In this document: positions 7,478 to 10,055 of the stretch, in pieces
Numbering within the stretch: position 1 is the stretch's first letter
How the letters are laid out: each line of letters begins with the position of its first letter
Source: Octopus sinensis
Lineage: Eukaryota
Reading direction: 5' to 3'
NCBI RefSeq assembly: GCF_006345805.1
Contig: NW_021827473.1
Span: forward strand, 1 to 10,055
Length of the DNA: 10,055 nt
The notes under the pieces: generated by a model
Seen by the model: only the letters and a program-made list of their open reading frames with translations
Databases searched by the model: none
What the model was told of the DNA's origin: nothing
Made by a program: the position numbers and the translations under genes

Positions 7478-7590
7478 ATGAAATGAAGTGTTTTGCTCAA
7501 GAATACATTGTGCCGCCCAATAAGGGACTCGAACCCACGATCTATCAATCGTGTGTGCAACAGCCTAACCACTAAGCCATGCACTTTCAT
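7474..7590 (-). mobile_element. 5' half of a tRNA-derived CORE-type SINE (second family)
   Basis: Minus strand has A box TGGCTTAGTGG (7579-7569), B box GGTTCGAGTCC (7535-7525), then CORE-like TTCTTGAGCAAAACACTTCATTTCA. Confidence 0.8.
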
Positions 7591-7604
7591 CCCTCAAACA
7601 TAAT

Positions 7605-7686
7605 CACACACACATACACACGCACACACACTCGCACAAACACATACATATGTAGATACACACGCACATATGTATATGCTATACAC
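7605..7686. repeat. Imperfect (CA)n/(TA)n
   Basis: Read directly. Confidence 0.85.
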
Positions 7687-8557
7687 TAGTTCGTTCACCG
7701 TGGGGCTCTACTTTTTGCTTACTTTTCTCGAAAACCGAAGTGGTGTGTGGGCCGAAGAAGCTATACCGTCCTTCATCTCTCCATTTACAAACAACAACAG
7801 CGGCTCAAGCCTACATACTGAACCACATGATGAGTGAGGTCTCCTTGACTTTTGGCATACAGGATACAGGAAAGATTTCCACGGAGGAGAAAGAGCTACA
7901 AACATCAATAAGTGAAAGACAAAATGTCTTTCAATATCTTCTTTCGGTTGCCATCTTCTTCTGCTTATTGTTTTTCACTCATTTTTTCTCTTTCCTTTAT
8001 TTCCCGGTTTCTTCTACTCGTTCTCCATATCAAGCATTTGTAATAGGGATTAAGATGGCGTCCTCTGTCCAAAAGTCCAGCGATTATAACTTGTACAAAT
8101 TACATTTCTGCCATTTTGCTTCCCAGGATAAAAAATCAAAGCGTAAAACCCATTTCTCTTCTTATAAAACCAGGATTAAAAGAAACTAAATCCATACCCA
8201 CCTTTAAGATATATTCGGGAGCGGATTATTTTCTTACAGTGATCCAGTTTACAGTTTCTTTTTTCCCTCTAAATCCGACACAGCTTGGAACTTAGGACAT
8301 TGGTGAAACCGCTGTTGTCATATGACGGATGCAAGGAAGTTATAAAACCTGTAATGTAAAAAAAAAAACAACTCTGTAGACGCAAAATAAACTGGGCGTA
8401 GATAACAAAAAAGGATGTCAGCGAAGGAAATATGTGAAGGGCAATAAAGTTGATAAAGGAAATTATGGTTTGAACACACGTCAAGTGTTTCGTATGGAGA
8501 TGAAAATATGGAGATGAAAATAAAACACGCGTATGACCGAGGGATAGATAGACGCCA

Positions 8558-8691
8558 TATATACATATATGTATGTTTGTTTGTACACACACACATACAC
8601 ACATATGTATATATATGACACTATCTAAATATTTACTGTATGGAAATAAAACGCAACACATAACCAAGGGATAACTCTCTCTCTCCTCCTC

Positions 8692-8774
<83 letters not shown>

Positions 8775-8955
8775 ACTATGTATATATATATGCATGCAAA
8801 TCTGGCTGCGTGTGTGTATATGTGTATAATGTATATGCGAAATAAACAATACATCTCATATGTATGAATTTATGTGATTCATGTATATATATATATATAT
8901 ACAAAAATCTAGATGTATAATCATGTATAATATATATATATATGTGTGCATATAC
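8558..8955. repeat. Dinucleotide microsatellite cluster including (CT)n(AT)n(GT)n at 8675-8775
   Basis: Read directly. Confidence 0.9.
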
Positions 8956-9109
8956 AATAACATCATCTCCCGCATACGCTCATACCCCTCATATATATGA
9001 ACGCTAATAAATTTGCTGGGCTTAGTCACAACAGAAATCAGATACTCACTTTATGAAAACCAGAGACTTCGTAAAGAAAAGATATATTAATATATTAATG
9101 CAAACAAGC

Positions 9110-9140
9110 GTATGTATATATATATATATAGTATGGATAT

Positions 9141-9189
<49 letters not shown>

Positions 9190-9255
9190 TATGTATAATA
9201 TATATATTATATTATATATATATAATATATATGTATATAATATATGTATATATAT

Positions 9256-9292
<37 letters not shown>

Positions 9293-9328
9293 CTATAATA
9301 TATATATATTATTTAGATTAGATAGATA
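9110..9328. repeat. Long imperfect (TA)n tract with a short (TAGA)n end
   Basis: Read directly. Confidence 0.95.
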
Positions 9329-9744
9329 AGAACTGAAAACATTCGGATGAACCAAATTTTCACTACACTAAGAGGAAAGTGTAAAAGCCAGAATGTTTGT
9401 ACGATATGCCGTGGTCCCTGAGCTGGGTTTGAGAACAGATAGAAGGATTGTTCCCCTTTAAGATAATGTGCTCAGGTATGATGCAGAATGATTCGTCTAT
9501 CTATTTCATGAATAATGAACGACAAATATATCCTGTGTTACGGAATCAAAGCCGACGTTATTAACCCATCATCTCGATACATGCCCATTTCTATACAGCT
9601 GAATCCTTGTCAATTTAGACCGAGTGCAGTATGCAACTTTGGTTCAATAAACATAGATTTGGCCTCTCCAGTGTTCTGAGTTTTACACATGATGTTTGAA
9701 GTATTTAAATCATATTATTAATATATATTTTACTATTGTTGCAC

Positions 9745-9827
9745 TATATATACGTATGTGTGTATGTGTGTATTTATAAATATATGTCTCTCTCTATCTT
9801 CCTTTCTCTCTCTCTCTCTCTCACTCT

Positions 9828-9877
<50 letters not shown>

Positions 9878-9986
9878 GTGTGTGTAGTATGTAATATACA
9901 CATGTTTGTATACATATAGATATATTACATGTATATATGTATATGCGCGTATAGATACATGTAACTGTGGATCTGTGTTGGGTGTG

Positions 9987-10050
<64 letters not shown>
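9745..10050. repeat. Dinucleotide microsatellite cluster (TG)/(CT)n(TA)n/(TA)n
   Basis: Read directly. Confidence 0.9.
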
Positions 10051-10053
<3 letters not shown>

Positions 10054-10055
10054 CA

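Noticed and set aside
7515-7590. Functional tRNA gene on the minus strand
   Set aside because: A and B boxes are present but there is no full cloverleaf, and the sequence continues into a CORE-like SINE body.
7740-8189. 149-aa + strand ORF with a hydrophobic stretch, and a YY1-like AAGATGGCG at 8052-8060
   Set aside because: GTG start, hydrophobic run comes from a T-rich tract, no recognisable domain, and a single short motif is not enough to call a promoter.
7038-9915. ORFs at 7038, 8269, 8318, 8625, 8633, 9053 and 9733
   Set aside because: Built from di-/tetranucleotide repeats or SINE sequence (MYVC, YI, HT, ER repeats).

Overview
AT-rich, microsatellite-dense eukaryotic non-coding DNA with no intact protein-coding gene. 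The SINE types (tRNA head plus Nin-like or CORE domains) and repeat landscape suggest a coleoid cephalopod, probably Octopus (from recall, not searched). The main content is a nest of 5'-truncated non-LTR retrotransposons in simple repeats. Five R4/Dong-clade (restriction-like endonuclease) 3' fragments from at least three families are readable, plus a probable sixth UTR-only fragment; most lie in (TAA)n tracts on their own sense strand. One copy is fused directly to ~330 bp of unrelated sequence. An L1/Tx1-type 3' end (CCHC knuckle) lies between (TATC)n and (CCT)n. There are also four tRNA-derived SINE copies, a tRNA-Val(TAC)-like relic, many compound microsatellites, and weak hints of a minus-strand spliced transcript. 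Most listed ORFs are microsatellite artefacts.
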